64,000 nt of DNA from Ignavibacteriota bacterium (GTDB taxonomy: Bacteria > Bacteroidota > Ignavibacteria > UBA10030 > UBA6906), in contig CAWDEM010000008.1 in NCBI GenBank assembly GCA_963801355.1, positions 163,458 through 227,457 on the forward strand, given 5' to 3'. Shown piece after piece: positions 61,821-64,000 of the stretch (position 1 is its first letter; every line of letters starts with the position of its first letter). Made by a program: the position numbers and the translations under genes. The notes below the pieces were generated by a model, which saw only the letters and a list, made by a program, of their open reading frames with translations, did no database searches and was not told where the DNA came from.

Positions 61821-64000
61821 GTGCGGACTGCTGTCCATCGTCTTCTCCCCATCCTTGCGACTCTTGCCCTGATGCAGTTTTCCTCCTGCGGCGTCTGGGA
61901 CTCCTTCACTGCATATTTCAACACCTATTACAACGCCCAGCGGGCGTTTACCGAAGCGCAGGATGAAGTGTGGGCGATGCCCGAGACCAAGGAATCCGGC
62001 CGGAATCTCTTGATTCCGTTCAACATCAGCCCGGGGACCAAGACCAAGTTCACATCTGTCATCGAAAAGTGCTCGAAGCTCCTCCAATATCATCCTGATG
62101 CCGGCCTGGTAGACGACGCGCTGATGATGATCGGGCGCTCTTACTACTATCAGAACGACTACCAGAAAGCCGAACGGAAGTTCACAGAATTGATCGACGG
62201 CTACCCTGAAAGCGACCTCGTTCTGCAGGCGCAGGTAATGCTCGCTTTTTCGTACTACAAAAGCAAGGAAGTGGAGAAGGCCACCATGACCGCCCAGCAA
62301 GTGCTGGATCTGGCAACGACCAGGGGTGAATACAAGGTGGCAGCCGAAGCGGCACTTGTGCTGGGGCAGATTGCTCTTGATGACAAAGCATACGCCCGTG
62401 CCCGTACTTTCTTCGAACAAGTGGGCGAGAATGGCGATACATCCGAAAAACGCGCGCAAGCGTTGATGAAGGTGGGAGAAATGTACGCCCTGGAGCGGAA
62501 GTACGTCGACGCCCGGGCTGCCTACGAGCGGGCGTATTCGCTGAGCACTTCGTATCTGGGGGAATACCGGGCCCGGATCAGCGTCGCACAAATGCTCAAC
62601 AAGCAACAACGGTTCGGCGATGCAGAGGAAACGCTCCTTGCGCTCCGCTCCAACTCGAACTATCGTGAATTCTTCGGTCAGATTGAATACGAGCTGGGAA
62701 ATGTTGACCGTGATCGGGGTGATATTCAGAAAGCCATCGAACAGTACGCGTACGTCGATACCGCTTATGCGCGCACGGAGGCGGCCGCAGATGCAAATCT
62801 CGCCCTCGGGATGCTGTATGAGACCGTCCTGTTTCAGTACGATTCTGCCCGTGCCGTCTACGAACGGGGACGAGGTGCCATCAACACTGCCGAATCGAGA
62901 CTCCAGATCATCCGCAGGGCGGACTACCTTTCCCGATATGTAGTGTTCCGGAATGACCTCATCAAACTCGACAGTCTCCGTTACTCTGCCCTTCATATTT
63001 CCGATACGGTGCATGCAGCCGGGGGCGGCACCCGGACCGACTCCACTCGCAATGCCCGTGCCGACTCCACTCGCAATGCCCATGCCGACTCGACCGGACA
63101 TTTGCCTGCAGTTGCGGCCGGACATGCACTCGCCGACACGACAGGACGCGCACTTGCAGATACGGCAAGGCCTGCGCATGCCGACTCAGTCAGGCTCGGG
63201 CTTGCCGACTCAGTCAGGCTCGCGCTTGCCGACACCGCACGCCGCGCCCAGGCAGACAGCACAAAGCCCCCTGTCCTGCAGCCGCCCGTCCCTCAGACAC
63301 CCGCACTCTCGCTCGACACCATCAATGTCCGCCTCGCAGACCGCATGGATGACATCGCGGGATTGTTTTATGCCACCATGGGTCTTCCAGACTCGGCGCG
63401 GTTCTGGTACCATCGTCTATTGCGCGAGTATCCTGACAGCCGTGGGGCACCGCGTGCCCTCTACGTGCTCGCACGGATGGAAGGGGAAGATTCGAGCGGG
63501 ACGCCGTTGTTCGCCGACTCGCTCCACAGGGAGATCATCCGGCGCTTTCCGGAATCGCCCTTTGCCGAAGAGTCCAGGCGTTTGCTCGGACTTCCGCCTA
63601 CGGTTCAGGCTCCGGATTCGCTGGCTCAGAGCTACCGCCGCGCGACTGCACTGCTGCAAGCAGGAAAGAATGGAGCTGCAATTGATTCGTTCAGGGCTAT
63701 CGTCCGCCGAGCCCCGGCCTCTCCGCTGGCGCCGCGGGCGTTGTATGCCGTCGGGTGGGTGTATGAGTTTCAAACCAGTCAGATGGACAGCGCAGGGGCA
63801 AATTACGAACGTCTGGTGGCGCTCTATCCGGGAACTCCGTATGCGCAGCGGGTGCAGCCGCGGGTGACGGAAATCCAGAGTGCCCGTCAGGCGAAGCTGG
63901 CCGCGCCCAAAACAGACACGACGTCGGCCGCCCAACCCAAAACGGGCACGATATCGCCCGCCCGGTCGAAGACGGACACGACATCGGTTGCCCGGTTAAA
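61821..64000 (+). CDS. TPR-repeat lipoprotein (3'-partial, runs off the window end; not in the supplied ORF track)
   Basis: I translated codon by codon from GTG 61821 to 63998 and found no stop. N-terminus VRTAVHRLLPILATLALMQFSSCG contains the lipobox FSSC. TPR-like helices include ALMMIGRSYYYQNDYQKAERKF, EYELGNVDRDRGDIQKAIEQY and PRALYAVGWVYEF. Confidence 0.75.
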   Translation, partial: MRTAVHRLLPILATLALMQFSSCGVWDSFTAYFNTYYNAQRAFTEAQDEVWAMPETKESGRNLLIPFNISPGTKTKFTSVIEKCSKLLQYHPDAGLVDDALMMIGRSYYYQNDYQKAERKFTELIDGYPESDLVLQAQVMLAFSYYKSKEVEKATMTAQQVLDLATTRGEYKVAAEAALVLGQIALDDKAYARARTFFEQVGENGDTSEKRAQALMKVGEMYALERKYVDARAAYERAYSLSTSYLGEYRARISVAQMLNKQQRFGDAEETLLALRSNSNYREFFGQIEYELGNVDRDRGDIQKAIEQYAYVDTAYARTEAAADANLALGMLYETVLFQYDSARAVYERGRGAINTAESRLQIIRRADYLSRYVVFRNDLIKLDSLRYSALHISDTVHAAGGGTRTDSTRNARADSTRNAHADSTGHLPAVAAGHALADTTGRALADTARPAHADSVRLGLADSVRLALADTARRAQADSTKPPVLQPPVPQTPALSLDTINVRLADRMDDIAGLFYATMGLPDSARFWYHRLLREYPDSRGAPRALYVLARMEGEDSSGTPLFADSLHREIIRRFPESPFAEESRRLLGLPPTVQAPDSLAQSYRRATALLQAGKNGAAIDSFRAIVRRAPASPLAPRALYAVGWVYEFQTSQMDSAGANYERLVALYPGTPYAQRVQPRVTEIQSARQAKLAAPKTDTTSAAQPKTGTISPARSKTDTTSVARL
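63036..63265 (+). repeat. About 9-10 in-frame 24-bp tandem repeats (octapeptide A-D-S/T-x-R-x-x-x)
   Basis: Peptide units are ADSTRNAR, ADSTRNAH, ADSTGHLP, AVAAGHAL, ADTTGRAL, ADTARPAH, ADSVRLGL, ADSVRLAL, ADTARRAQ and ADSTKPP. Adjacent units such as gccgactcagtcaggctcgggctt / gccgactcagtcaggctcgcgctt are nearly identical at the DNA level. Confidence 0.85.

Noticed and set aside
61791-63179. 462-aa minus-strand ORF in the track
   Set aside because: It is antisense to a much better + strand gene with a lipobox, TPR helices and a frame open to the window end. Its product is low-complexity and Arg/Gly/His/Cys-rich, typical of shadow ORFs in GC-rich DNA.

Overview
GC-rich bacterial chromosomal segment with about 45 credible genes and one tRNA. 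No rRNA, CRISPR array, transposase, integrase or recognisable defence genes were seen. It most likely comes from a member of the Fibrobacteres-Chlorobi-Bacteroidetes (FCB) superphylum that has a type IX secretion system (T9SS). It looks Ignavibacteria/Kapabacteria-like rather than Bacteroidia. Eight proteins end in a T9SS C-terminal sorting domain (..NYPNPFNPST..). Three PorV/PorQ-like outer-membrane barrels are present. Promoters look sigma70-like (TTGACA-N17-TATAAT) and no SusD is present. Main blocks: (i) 12-7931 holds housekeeping and envelope genes: P-loop kinase, MFS, radical SAM, CorA, GT9, and SPFH/NfeD. (ii) 7958-21484 encodes cell-surface and T9SS cargo: a tandem PorV-like pair, Asp-box propellers, an S8 protease fusion, a T9SS-exported cupredoxin, a pilin-like protein, and a possible clan-CD peptidase lipoprotein. 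(iii) 21729-23791 is an arsR-arsM-methyltransferase module with a palindromic operator. (iv) 23799-50919 is a same-strand glycan-utilisation locus of about 27 kb and 14 genes. It contains twin LacI operators, CBM9-like T9SS surface proteins, a TonB-dependent receptor, a 1092-aa unknown protein, a PorV-like barrel, a GH94 phosphorylase, two GH144-like proteins, a discoidin/(alpha/alpha)6 protein and an ABC importer. I interpret it as a non-canonical, SusD-less beta-1,2-glucan utilisation system, and it is the most interesting feature of the window. (v) 51033-64000 holds a T9SS cargo protein, tRNA-Leu(CAA), a ~1160-aa orphan outer-membrane barrel, ogt, pcrA/uvrD, an MltD-like LysM transglycosylase, a Spy/CpxP-like chaperone and a TPR lipoprotein. 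The TPR lipoprotein runs off the window end, is absent from the ORF track, and contains in-frame 24-bp tandem repeats. Many long ORFs in the track are antisense or shadow ORFs typical of GC-rich DNA. All family assignments rest on motif recognition by eye, because no database search was possible.
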